From NCBI GenBank assembly GCA_036339735.1, contig JAYZAL010000021.1, forward strand, positions 1 through 64,000: a DNA stretch of 64,000 nt. The letters are read 5' to 3'. The notes below the pieces were generated by a model, which saw only the letters and a list, made by a program, of their open reading frames with translations, searched no databases and had not been told where the DNA came from. This stretch comes from Candidatus Poribacteria bacterium. GTDB lineage: Bacteria > Poribacteria > WGA-4E > UBA9662. Positions 43,359 to 53,058 of the stretch are shown piece after piece (positions within the stretch are counted from its first letter, which is position 1; each line of letters begins with the position of its first letter). Position numbers and translations under genes: made by a program.

Positions 43359-44471
43359 ATGACAATAAAACTACCACTGACAACAGCCAATGGCTATATT
43401 GTGGACCAATTGGGCCATCCGTTAAGATTACAATCCGTGAATTGGTATGGTGCGAGTGATGCCGATAATATAGTAATGGGCCTTGATTGTAACCACATTT
43501 CTCAGATTGCGGCAATGATCAAATCTATTGGGTTCAATAGTGTAAGATTGCCGTTTTCGAACCAAATGATCCATGATAAAGATCTGGCGGTAACAGATGG
43601 ATTATCAGCTAATCCTCACTTACTGGGTAAGGTTCCACTGGAAATTTTTGATTCGGTTATACAGGCTTTAGCCGCAGAAGATCTACTTGTTATACTCAAC
43701 AATCATACTACCACAAGTACTTGGTGCTGTAATTACGACAATAATGCATTGTGGTTTGACTCAGACCAAACCGAATTGAAATGGATTGACGATTGGTCTT
43801 ATCTGATTGAACGGTACCTTGATATTCCGCAGGTAGTGGGTGTCGATTTGAGAAATGAAGTAAGAAGTGGGCCAATGGGACGGGCTAACTGGGGGAATAG
43901 AGATAGTTTTGATTGGCACCGAGCCGCAGAATCAGCAGGAAATCATCTACTAAAGTTGAACCCAAACCTGTTGGTTGTGATTGAGGGAATCGATTACGCG
44001 GCTGACCTTCGGCAAGCAGCAACACATCCTATTTGTTTGGTTAAGCCGGATCAGCTAGTATACTCACCACATGTCTATGGCTGGTTTGGAGGCATAAATG
44101 GTAAATCTTTAGCCGAACACTCCTACCAAGAACTATGTCAAGCTTTGGACTCAGCGTGGGGTTACCTTGGACCAGTGAAAAAGATGAATAAGACAGAAAA
44201 ATTACTTGCCGATGTAGACCAATCATTCCCAATATGGATCAGTGAAATGGGGGCGGGGCCAGCGGATAAGCCTGATTTTTTAGAAAATCTTTGTCATTAT
44301 ATAAAAGAGAGAGATCTGAGTTGGGCCTGGTGGCCGCTTAATACAGGACTGAAGCCTGGTAGCGACGAAATGGAAACTTGGGGCTTAGTTGATCAGCAGT
44401 GGAAACATCCGATTGATGACTGGCGATTAAAGGTAATTCAACGATTGATGCGAGAGAAACTTATATGCTAG
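43359..44471 (+). CDS. Glycoside hydrolase family 5 (cellulase-like), no signal peptide
   Basis: VNWYG, GFNSVRLPFS, ILNNH, DLRNE (acid/base), YSPHVY, WISE (nucleophile), WAWW. Confidence 0.9.
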   Translation: MTIKLPLTTANGYIVDQLGHPLRLQSVNWYGASDADNIVMGLDCNHISQIAAMIKSIGFNSVRLPFSNQMIHDKDLAVTDGLSANPHLLGKVPLEIFDSVIQALAAEDLLVILNNHTTTSTWCCNYDNNALWFDSDQTELKWIDDWSYLIERYLDIPQVVGVDLRNEVRSGPMGRANWGNRDSFDWHRAAESAGNHLLKLNPNLLVVIEGIDYAADLRQAATHPICLVKPDQLVYSPHVYGWFGGINGKSLAEHSYQELCQALDSAWGYLGPVKKMNKTEKLLADVDQSFPIWISEMGAGPADKPDFLENLCHYIKERDLSWAWWPLNTGLKPGSDEMETWGLVDQQWKHPIDDWRLKVIQRLMREKLIC

Positions 44472-44519
44472 CCTCTTATCAAATAATTTGTAGAATCAGT
44501 TTTAGGCTTGGAGGAAGGC

Positions 44520-45176
44520 ATGGATATGTATTTGATTCGGCATGGTCAGTCAACTAGTAATAGGGGAGATGAAAACAATATTGACTTCCCGCCGCTAACC
44601 GACTTAGGACACAAGCAAGCTGGATTAGCAGCTGAAGCCATCAAAAATATAAATCCGGTTAAAATTTATTGCAGTCCTATGTTACGTGCTATCCAGACTG
44701 CAAAGAAGATCGGGGATCGGGTCAAATTGGTACCACATGTCATTGTTGAGCTCCATGAAGGTGGTGAAACATATTCACTGCCAACAGCAAAAAGGATGGA
44801 TGGATTAACTCGATCGGAAATTTTGGAATTCTGTCCTAATGCTGTCTTAGGTGAGAATGTTACGGAGGAGGGATGGCGTTCTCAAGAGGCCCACACAAAA
44901 GAAGAAGGCGTTCGGTTAATTCAAAGAAATATGGAAAAGGTAATGGGTTTTCTGCTGGAAAACCATTATAAACAGAATGATAATGTTGCAATTATCACCC
45001 ATGGTCGTTCAGGTTCAATTTTGATTAGTACTATTCTTGGTATGCCACCAGATCGTGATTACGCCAGATTTGGCCAAAACAACTGTGGGATTAGCTTGAT
45101 AAGAATCTCATCTGAGATGACTCGACTCGTTTTTCTGAACCGGACCGATCATCTACCAACTGAATATGTCACTTAA
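44520..45176 (+). CDS. Histidine phosphatase (phosphoglycerate mutase family)
   Basis: LIRHGQS..N, SPMLRAIQTA, ITHG, NCGIS; GGAGG RBS. Confidence 0.9.
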   Translation: MDMYLIRHGQSTSNRGDENNIDFPPLTDLGHKQAGLAAEAIKNINPVKIYCSPMLRAIQTAKKIGDRVKLVPHVIVELHEGGETYSLPTAKRMDGLTRSEILEFCPNAVLGENVTEEGWRSQEAHTKEEGVRLIQRNMEKVMGFLLENHYKQNDNVAIITHGRSGSILISTILGMPPDRDYARFGQNNCGISLIRISSEMTRLVFLNRTDHLPTEYVT

Positions 45177-45198
45177 TGGCCTTGTCTCAGTTTGATCT

Positions 45199-47619
45199 TC
45201 AATAATTTAAATGGATCAATTTCGGTTGATCTACTAAAGCTTTAATTTCTGAGATAGTTTCTCTGATGACTGAAGCTTTCTTCAGGCTCAAGCGAGGTGG
45301 GAAATTTTCTTCCTCTGTTTCGAAATAGACGGCTACTGATTCTAATCTGGATATCATAGACTTGCTATGAGTCCCATATGATTTGATCATTTCCATGACC
45401 TTAAAAATACGCTTTTCACTGCCGTGCTTCTTCTGATTACGGGAATAATCGACCAGAAGTTCCAATCCTTCCTTAATTCGGTACTTGGTAAACAATTCAA
45501 GGCCTCGCATGCGGATAACATCTGAAAACATAATACCACTAGGCGAGGGATCTTTTATAGCTTGATAGATGTCTGGTAATAATGGCTTAATCTCATCATA
45601 AGTTAAATTTTCGTACACACTACCAATACTTCCTCTGGATCGGCCATCTTGATTCAACAAGCCTGAACGGACAGCTTGAATAAGTAAATTACGATCAACA
45701 CCAGCCAAAGATTTGCCAACTAGTCCGTTTCGTCTATCAAATAGAGCGAAAGATACATAGCGTTGCTCCATATTTCTTGGATCATTCAGCTCGTCATACT
45801 GTGTGAGTCTTGTCAGCATTTCGGGGACCACGGTTTTAGCAGGATCACCTATTCCAGCAAGTGCCTCAGCAGCCAAAATTCTCAGCCATAGGTCGCTAGC
45901 ATGAAATACCTGACGTAATATAGGTACGGCTACAGATCCACGTTCACGTTGCATCTTGATTGCTTGACAAGCGCCATATCGAGTATGGAGGTCTTCTGTC
46001 TTAAGTAACCGAACTAATTGATTTGAAACTGTTTCTTTCCTACGTCCTAGTGCAATTGCTGCACGCTCTCGAACTACCGGTGACCAGCTGCTGAGACGTC
46101 GGAGAAGTTCTTTGTCTTCTAGATTATCGTAATAACTATGGCGATCCATATTATTCCAGCCATAACCATCCAAAATTAAAGACTCAGCTGATCTTAAATC
46201 TAGTTTTTTAACAATACTAGATTGTTTACCAGTTAGATAAATCTTTTTAAGAGGCATAGCGTAAGATAGGAGATACAAACCACTGCAATCCCAGCCTTGG
46301 TAACTATCTGTGTTCATTTGAGGTGGTCCTTGATAAATATAACTACCATTCCAACGGCGTGCCAAATCGAAGTACCAGGCACCGAATTCTTTCATCCAGA
46401 TACCAGTTGCATCAGGACCTAATCGAGAGATACTTGGTATTGCCCACAATATGTTGAAGAAATTACCGGTGTGTCCTGTATCCCGTTCGGCACCATGGGA
46501 GGATATACTCATATAAGAGAAGAACTCCGCACCTTTTGCTTCACCAAGTAAATTAAACATAACTGCAGCCATACCACATTTACCGTTGTCTTCATGGGTT
46601 TGAATCCAAGGTCGATGATCACCGTATGGAACCGCACCTTTCCCAATATAGAATTTTAATAAGCGAGCACTACGTTGTATGGCATTTTCTACTGAAGGAT
46701 CTGTAACTCCAGCCTTGTGAGCTAACACCAGAGATATGGTCATTGTTAGGCCGGGTGAGTTCATCATTCCATACCCACCTAGTCGACCGTCAGCCTGAGC
46801 AAAACGATGGCCCCACGAGCCGACAAGACTTTGTCCGTTGGCGGCTTCTAGTGATAGACGTTTCAACCCAGGCATAACTGATTTATCCCCGGTTGCCATG
46901 ACATATTCTGCAAGGAACATAATAACGTAACCGTAATACCAGGTTTGAAAACTATCGGCCGAATAGACTGATGCCCATCGTGCTTCTTTTCTAACTATCT
47001 GAATATACTCTCTATTTCCGCTAGCTAGAAGTGCTAAGGCATTGAGAGAGCGAGTAATTGGATTTTGTTGGTAGGAAGGTTCTTCCATACGATTAGCCAA
47101 TTCTTGGCAACCAAGTTCTAGGATACGCTTCGATTTGAGGCAATCATAAGGAGCTGTTGAACTATAGGCACCTAGGATTGGGAGTTGTAATGTAACATTG
47201 TCAGTCTTTCCTTCTCTATAACGTACGAGATTCAGGGCTCCACCACCAACTTCTGACTCTGCTTTGGTAAGTGCATTACCCATTTCAGTGCGTGGGTCGT
47301 ACGAGAAAGGTGTACCATCAACACCGATAATTATGTCGCCGATAGCCAAAATACTATCTGCAGGAGAGCCTTTTTCTACCTTTGTAATGGCAATCTGTCT
47401 GGCCTCTGTGGTGACTAGCTTTTTGCTGAACATCCATCCACGAGCTCCTGTAGCACCTAAATTCCAATCGTGTTTAGCTCCCTTCGGTATGCTTCCCCCC
47501 TTTGTGAAGTCTGGATTATTCATCTGTAATGAGGATCCGAAGACTCGTGAAACCTGATAACTGAAACAAAAAAACGAGATGAATATGATAGATACAAAAA
47601 AACGATTTCTTGGACACAT
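45199..47619 (-). CDS. Secreted PDZ + alpha-helical barrel + HEAT protein (DUF6288-type)
   Basis: Signal peptide, WNLGATGARGW, PDZ-like VEKGSPAD..L..GD.I.GV, HTGNFF, C-terminal HEAT repeats. Confidence 0.7.
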   Translation of the reverse strand: MCPRNRFFVSIIFISFFCFSYQVSRVFGSSLQMNNPDFTKGGSIPKGAKHDWNLGATGARGWMFSKKLVTTEARQIAITKVEKGSPADSILAIGDIIIGVDGTPFSYDPRTEMGNALTKAESEVGGGALNLVRYREGKTDNVTLQLPILGAYSSTAPYDCLKSKRILELGCQELANRMEEPSYQQNPITRSLNALALLASGNREYIQIVRKEARWASVYSADSFQTWYYGYVIMFLAEYVMATGDKSVMPGLKRLSLEAANGQSLVGSWGHRFAQADGRLGGYGMMNSPGLTMTISLVLAHKAGVTDPSVENAIQRSARLLKFYIGKGAVPYGDHRPWIQTHEDNGKCGMAAVMFNLLGEAKGAEFFSYMSISSHGAERDTGHTGNFFNILWAIPSISRLGPDATGIWMKEFGAWYFDLARRWNGSYIYQGPPQMNTDSYQGWDCSGLYLLSYAMPLKKIYLTGKQSSIVKKLDLRSAESLILDGYGWNNMDRHSYYDNLEDKELLRRLSSWSPVVRERAAIALGRRKETVSNQLVRLLKTEDLHTRYGACQAIKMQRERGSVAVPILRQVFHASDLWLRILAAEALAGIGDPAKTVVPEMLTRLTQYDELNDPRNMEQRYVSFALFDRRNGLVGKSLAGVDRNLLIQAVRSGLLNQDGRSRGSIGSVYENLTYDEIKPLLPDIYQAIKDPSPSGIMFSDVIRMRGLELFTKYRIKEGLELLVDYSRNQKKHGSEKRIFKVMEMIKSYGTHSKSMISRLESVAVYFETEEENFPPRLSLKKASVIRETISEIKALVDQPKLIHLNY

Positions 47620-48007
47620 AAAATCTATTAATACCCTCTGGTGCTAATCCCCAGCTTTCGTCAAAAAACTAATGATCAAGATACAGTAGTAGAATTAACG
47701 GTTCTGTAAATAAAAAATTCAGCAGAAATAAAGAATGAATATAGATCGGATGAATTAGAAAAATTGACAAAGCTGATCAAGATTGAGAACTCAAAATTCA
47801 CCCAAAGACTGGATTCAGTTTAAAAAAATCTAGTTTTTTGTTAAGATTCTTACTTAGAACAAGTAGAAGATAATTTTTTAATAAAAAGGGAAATCCATAA
47901 CAATACAAGAAACCCTTTTGAGTTATACATGTATAATTCTAGCTTACCAATCAAAAGATCTAATCACACTCGCATGTAAATTAGATTTTGCGTTCGATCT
48001 CAAAAAG

Positions 48008-49060
48008 TCAGTTAGGTTCATTACCCCAAGGGAAGGATTCAATCCGTATCGACCGATCCAGATCTGTCAGATTAATTCGTTTCCCATTAGAAAGAGAGGA
48101 TTGATGGATGGCAAATCCGATTTCGGTTGCCCGTCGAGCCTGATCGATATCGCAGGCGGTTCTTTTTCCACTGTGGATGGACGAAACCAGATCAGAAACC
48201 ATTGCTGGTCCTGCTGGCCAAGGATTGATGTCTCGAGGGGTTTCAATTTGTTTTATCTGCGATGTTTTATCTATGGTCCAGTGGAAGGTTTGTTTGGCAT
48301 CATCTAACACAAAAAGTCTACCTTTACTTCCGACCACTTCAAAGCTCATCGGTAGTCCATCACCCTGGTGTTTCCCGTCCACTGTAATGTAGAGAACGAC
48401 ACCATTGTCAAGTCCTATTTGTGCTCGACCTGAAGGATCAATTAATCGTCGACTATCATCAGGTTCGTCAGATAGATCCTCAACTAATCCACTAACCCAA
48501 ACTGGTTCTACGTCTCCGGCTAAGGCGAGTAAAGAATCATACCAATGGCAACCGTGGTTAATCAGGTTCGATAACCCATAACTGACGATACTACTGATAT
48601 CTCCTACCAATCCTTTTGTAATAAGGCTCCGAATCAATCGATACCGATCAAACCATCGACGATCCAATGCAAAGAGAAGCGGTATATCTTGACAGGCCAA
48701 TAAGATTCGGTCCATTTCGGATAAGCTAGTAACCAAAGGTTTGTCACAAAGAATGCCCTTGACACCTGATTGAACTGCCACTTCAATTTGATCGGCATGC
48801 ATTGTTTGACGAGTCGCCAATAAGAGAATATCGGGATTAACAGTTGTCATCATTTTTTGATAGTCGTCATATGCTATGACACGAGGCCAAACATCCTTCC
48901 AACAATCAATAAATTCATCTCGAGTCTTTGAATCAAAATCGAATACAGCTACAACATCAACCTCTTCGATGGAGTGTAAGGCGGCGGCAAAATTGTGACT
49001 ACCTAATTTTCTGGTTATCATTCGATGACAGCCAGAAATCGCGACGGTTAACTTGTCCAT
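48008..49060 (-). CDS. Gfo/Idh/MocA family oxidoreductase
   Basis: VAISGC, LCDKP, DRRW, NHGCHWYD. Confidence 0.85.
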   Translation of the reverse strand: MDKLTVAISGCHRMITRKLGSHNFAAALHSIEEVDVVAVFDFDSKTRDEFIDCWKDVWPRVIAYDDYQKMMTTVNPDILLLATRQTMHADQIEVAVQSGVKGILCDKPLVTSLSEMDRILLACQDIPLLFALDRRWFDRYRLIRSLITKGLVGDISSIVSYGLSNLINHGCHWYDSLLALAGDVEPVWVSGLVEDLSDEPDDSRRLIDPSGRAQIGLDNGVVLYITVDGKHQGDGLPMSFEVVGSKGRLFVLDDAKQTFHWTIDKTSQIKQIETPRDINPWPAGPAMVSDLVSSIHSGKRTACDIDQARRATEIGFAIHQSSLSNGKRINLTDLDRSIRIESFPWGNEPN

Positions 49061-49122
49061 TGACTAGATTCCTCTTATAGATAACGAGCTAATAATTTCG
49101 GATCAATACAATTTCTTTAAAA

Positions 49123-50568
49123 TCAGGGACTCTGCCAGAATCTATATGACCAATTACACTTAGCAGGATCGAAAAATAATCCCGTTAAGCTTAAGCCGAC
49201 GGCGGAAATCAAAAAAAGGAGTGCACTTGGGCTATCCCACAACGAAGGAAATCCGAAGAAAGCATAATTAAGTCCAAAGTAAATCCAAGTACAAAATATG
49301 AGTGTAATTCGAATAAAAGACGGATGTTCTTCTGAGGATTCTGCTCTGCGTATAAAAAAAACAGACAGGATTATAGCGTAAAACATCGGCAATATGAAAT
49401 AAGCTAACCAACCCACACTAAGGTTGATGGGTTTATCAACAGAATAAACCAACATGCGTAACGTTTTTCCAGCTATCGGAAGTAATGTGATAGGGAGCAA
49501 TTGTAAATATGGCCACCATAGATTACTAACACTTGCCACTAGAGGGATCAGTCCCATCATTAACCCAAGATCATAGATTCCATCAGCCCACGAAAATCGA
49601 CCAAAGTCGACTAGGGTTAGTAGGCATAGATGCAAACATAACAATCCAAAAACTGCCCATCTGGATAGTGAACTTATGTTCGGTTGAGACGAAATCCTAA
49701 TTCGGCTTCGGTTGAGCCATAACCCAAGTCCAACAGTAGCACCCATGACTGTTCCAAAGGTGGTTTCCATTATATTCCACCAGTTGAATTTCTGAGTAAA
49801 GGGGCCGATGAAGCTTTGGCGAAAGAACTCAGGATTCCATGCGTTGGTAGCTTGCAGCGTCTGGCCAATTGGAAAACCCAAGGCACCGCCAATTATTCCC
49901 CAAAAGGCCAGATTCCTAGCCATAATATCTTTCTTGGCTAATGCGGCATAGGTTACTCCTAAGATGAGAGCACACCACAGGCCTCCCCAAATTTCAGGTC
50001 GGTGTTTCAGTTGAACACCAGGTTCCCATTTCCAATGGTCAGAAAAATACAGTAAAGGTAATTTTTTGTTCTCAGGATCGTGTGGAGTATTAAATACTAA
50101 CCATCCAATAACTAGAACCGTCAGCATAGAAGTGCATAGTAATAGGATTTCAACTGGACGATAACGCTTGCCTCCTAAACCTAAGCCGAAAAAAAATCCG
50201 AAAAACCCAATCCAAACCCCACCCTTGATGGCTAGGCCAATCATACCCCAAGACAATGATGACCAGTTTCCTATCAATGGTGCGTCGTGAGTCAGACCGA
50301 CTGTTTGTCCATAAGTCATTGACCCGCCGAACCCCATGGCTATGGTTCCCAAAGCTGCTGCCCGGACCACTTGGATGGAATTATTGTTTGGGCAAAAGAG
50401 AAAAACGAGAATCAGGCTTACTAAGACACCCGCAATCATAGCCCCAGTCTCGTGCCCATATTGACCACGAATACCCCAGCCCATTCCACCGGCCATTGCA
50501 GAGGTAATCATTACCAGCCAAAGTGGCGGATTTGGCAGTAATGATCGATTTTGATTGCTATGATTCAT
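49123..50568 (-). CDS. Uncharacterised polytopic membrane protein
   Basis: About 14 hydrophobic segments; GWGIRGQYGHETGAM and GGSMTYGQT motifs. Confidence 0.7.
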   Translation of the reverse strand: MNHSNQNRSLLPNPPLWLVMITSAMAGGMGWGIRGQYGHETGAMIAGVLVSLILVFLFCPNNNSIQVVRAAALGTIAMGFGGSMTYGQTVGLTHDAPLIGNWSSLSWGMIGLAIKGGVWIGFFGFFFGLGLGGKRYRPVEILLLCTSMLTVLVIGWLVFNTPHDPENKKLPLLYFSDHWKWEPGVQLKHRPEIWGGLWCALILGVTYAALAKKDIMARNLAFWGIIGGALGFPIGQTLQATNAWNPEFFRQSFIGPFTQKFNWWNIMETTFGTVMGATVGLGLWLNRSRIRISSQPNISSLSRWAVFGLLCLHLCLLTLVDFGRFSWADGIYDLGLMMGLIPLVASVSNLWWPYLQLLPITLLPIAGKTLRMLVYSVDKPINLSVGWLAYFILPMFYAIILSVFFIRRAESSEEHPSFIRITLIFCTWIYFGLNYAFFGFPSLWDSPSALLFLISAVGLSLTGLFFDPAKCNWSYRFWQSP

Positions 50569-51110
50569 AGAGTCCTATTCCGTTTGATCAATTGTCCAGG
50601 TTGTAGAAACGATTTTTCTTTTGGGTATCAACCCAATTTCCAATTTTATAATAGTCGTTTGTGTATTATCTCTAATTCTATCTCTGGCAAAAATTTGAGA
50701 TTCTCTACTAGAATGGGCCATTATAGCAAAACTATGTTACTCCGCAAACACTAAAAGTAAGATACCATGGTTGTAAATTTTACTTTGTTTGGTTTGGGAC
50801 AGATATTTTTTACTTATCTAATATTTTGTATTTTAGAATATTAATGTTCAAGTTAATACTTAATACTAATGAAACTAGTTAACAATTCTTTCGCGAACTG
50901 TTACTCATAACCAGTTTGCAAGGCTGATCACCGGATTCATCAATCGAATTATATTTATCCCAATGGTGAAAGGGATGTATGTTATAACTATCCAAATTTG
51001 ATTGAATGAATTGACTAGGCTTATCATTTGATTTAACTGACAGTTTGTCTATTCGTGCAAATCGGTATAAATGGATAATTTTCTCTCTACTTACGAATTA
51101 ATATTTAATA

Positions 51111-51884
51111 ATGAGAAATTCAATAACACAGAACCTTTCAAAAGAACAGGTTAGGCTATACCATCAGCAAGGTTGGTTAGGTCCATTTACACTAATCTCA
51201 GAAAGTGAAATGATGAAAATTAAGCTGAGAATTGATCAAGAAATTCTAGAACCAGGAAAAACCGCTCAGTTAGAAGAAAAGGATTACCTTCACAATCGAC
51301 ATCTCGATAACCTATGCGTTTACCAATTGATAAGCCACCCCAATTTAGTCGAAAAAGCAGCTTCTATTTTGGGGAGAGATTTGGTTCTGTGGCGAACTAA
51401 TTTTCAGTTGAAGCCTGCTTTAGGCGAGCAAGTAGGATGGGATACAGAGATCCCTTGGCATCAGGACTGCGCATATTATCAGCCTTCACCCAATGTTATT
51501 CTTTCGGCGTGGATTGCAGTTGATGAATCCAACGGTGAAAATGGATGCATGCGTGTTTTGTCGGGAAGCCACAAGAAGATTTACCCTCATATCCGAATAC
51601 CCGAGGTTGATCAATTCGGTCTTGTTGCAGACCCTTCAAGCTTCGATCCTAGTGCCGCAATTGATCTTGAATTAAAAGCTGGAGAATTTGTTTTTTTCAA
51701 TGAGAGTGTCCTTCATTCTTCTCCAGCTAATCGTTCTTCAGCTCGTCGGTTAGGCATAACTCCCCGAATCACCGTTCCATTCGTCGAAGTTGGTAATCGG
51801 GAAAATATCGATGTTTTGATGCTTAAAGGTGAAGATTATATGGGAGATTACAAGGTAGTTGCCCCCCCAGAAACTAGGATTTGA
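51111..51884 (+). CDS. PhyH-family dioxygenase (canonical HxD; chlorinating-enzyme-like fold but keeps the Asp)
   Basis: PWHQD, SAWIA.D, ENGCMRVLSGSH, LKAGE..FFNE..LHSS, RRLG. Confidence 0.9.
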   Translation: MRNSITQNLSKEQVRLYHQQGWLGPFTLISESEMMKIKLRIDQEILEPGKTAQLEEKDYLHNRHLDNLCVYQLISHPNLVEKAASILGRDLVLWRTNFQLKPALGEQVGWDTEIPWHQDCAYYQPSPNVILSAWIAVDESNGENGCMRVLSGSHKKIYPHIRIPEVDQFGLVADPSSFDPSAAIDLELKAGEFVFFNESVLHSSPANRSSARRLGITPRITVPFVEVGNRENIDVLMLKGEDYMGDYKVVAPPETRI

Positions 51885-52040
51885 CATTAACCAAGATACA
51901 ATAATTGTAACGATAACCCAGAGTTAATCAAGATTATATAGACTTTCTTAATCAGTCCAAATCGATTCAGAAAATAGGTTAAGATTCCATCCGAGTGGTA
52001 GTGAGGACATCGTATCTTATCTATATCCAAATTAGGCTCT

Positions 52041-52080
52041 ACTTGTAATGAATGTACAATACTTGTAATGAATGTACAAT
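52041..52080. repeat. Perfect 20-bp tandem duplication
   Basis: ACTTGTAATGAATGTACAAT x2. Confidence 0.9.
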
Positions 52081-52220
52081 TTTGTTAGTATGCTGGCATT
52101 CTATGAGAATTTTGATTAATCTTAGCACTTTTTCGCAAATTGGTAATGGTCTGGGTGATCTTATTCGATTAATGTGAATCTTATTAAATTTTTATCCTGA
52201 ACAAAAAAGAGAGTTTTTGT

Positions 52221-52952
52221 ATGCAGTATCATAAGGGACTAATTTTCATCCTCACTATTTTTTTTATTATTTCTGCTACCAGTCAGGCAGAAATATTGTT
52301 CAAAGATAACTTTGAAGGCGATGCTATAGATAATCCCCCCAAGAATTGGGCAGTTGGACACAAAGGATTAGACGACTCTAAAGTGATTTGGGATCCTGAC
52401 AGGCCTAAGAACAGGGTGTTTTCATCGCCAACCGAAAGACATGACGCCAAGGGGGCTGTTTACGTTACAGGAAAAGGAAAAGGGTGGACCGACTATTATG
52501 TCCAGTGGGAAATGTTATATCCAAAGGATTTCTATATGGGTATAGTCTTTCGTTACACAGGAGGCGAAGCTTTTTATCTACTGGATAGGAGACAAAATAC
52601 AAAAAAATTGGATTTTTGGAAGCGACAAAAAGCGAAGTGGGAAAACTTTGGCAGCTCTGCGGTTTTGGACTTGGAGATAGAGAAATGGTGGTCATTTCAA
52701 CTCAAGGTTTCCGGTAATGACTTCGAAGTCAAAATGAAAGATAGTGAGAAAAAGACTCCGTTCGCTAAGTTGAAACCGGTGTTGGAGGGTTCTCATAACG
52801 AATTTAAAAAAGGGGACTTTGGCAACTATGGATGGGTTTTATTAGATAATGTGGTGGTGGCTACCGAACTAGCTGATTTTTCAAACCCTTGGGCAATTTC
52901 ACCGGAGAATAGCCTGTCAACTAGCTGGGCTGTTATTAAGCGAGTAGACTAG
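52221..52952 (+). CDS. Secreted beta-sandwich protein, paralog of 39548..40279, with C-terminal W-tail
   Basis: Shared FSSPTERHD, YVTGKGK.WTDYYV, GDFGNYG; ends ISPENSLSTSWAVIK. Confidence 0.75.
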   Translation: MQYHKGLIFILTIFFIISATSQAEILFKDNFEGDAIDNPPKNWAVGHKGLDDSKVIWDPDRPKNRVFSSPTERHDAKGAVYVTGKGKGWTDYYVQWEMLYPKDFYMGIVFRYTGGEAFYLLDRRQNTKKLDFWKRQKAKWENFGSSAVLDLEIEKWWSFQLKVSGNDFEVKMKDSEKKTPFAKLKPVLEGSHNEFKKGDFGNYGWVLLDNVVVATELADFSNPWAISPENSLSTSWAVIKRVD

Positions 52953-52986
52953 CCGAAACATATTTTAGGTGTAGCAGGAAATCCAT

Positions 52987-53040
52987 TTATATCGACTATG
53001 TCATATCGAATCTGATGTTTATATGACATAGTCAATATAA
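52987..53040. terminator. 20-bp inverted repeat between the 52952 stop and the sulfatase
   Basis: TTATATCGACTATGTCATAT / ATATGACATAGTCAATATAA, one mismatch. Confidence 0.55.
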
Positions 53041-53058
53041 ACCCAATCATAATGATAT

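Noticed and set aside
51111-51884. SyrB2-like halogenase
   Set aside because: It keeps the Asp of HxD (WHQD), which indicates a hydroxylase-type triad.
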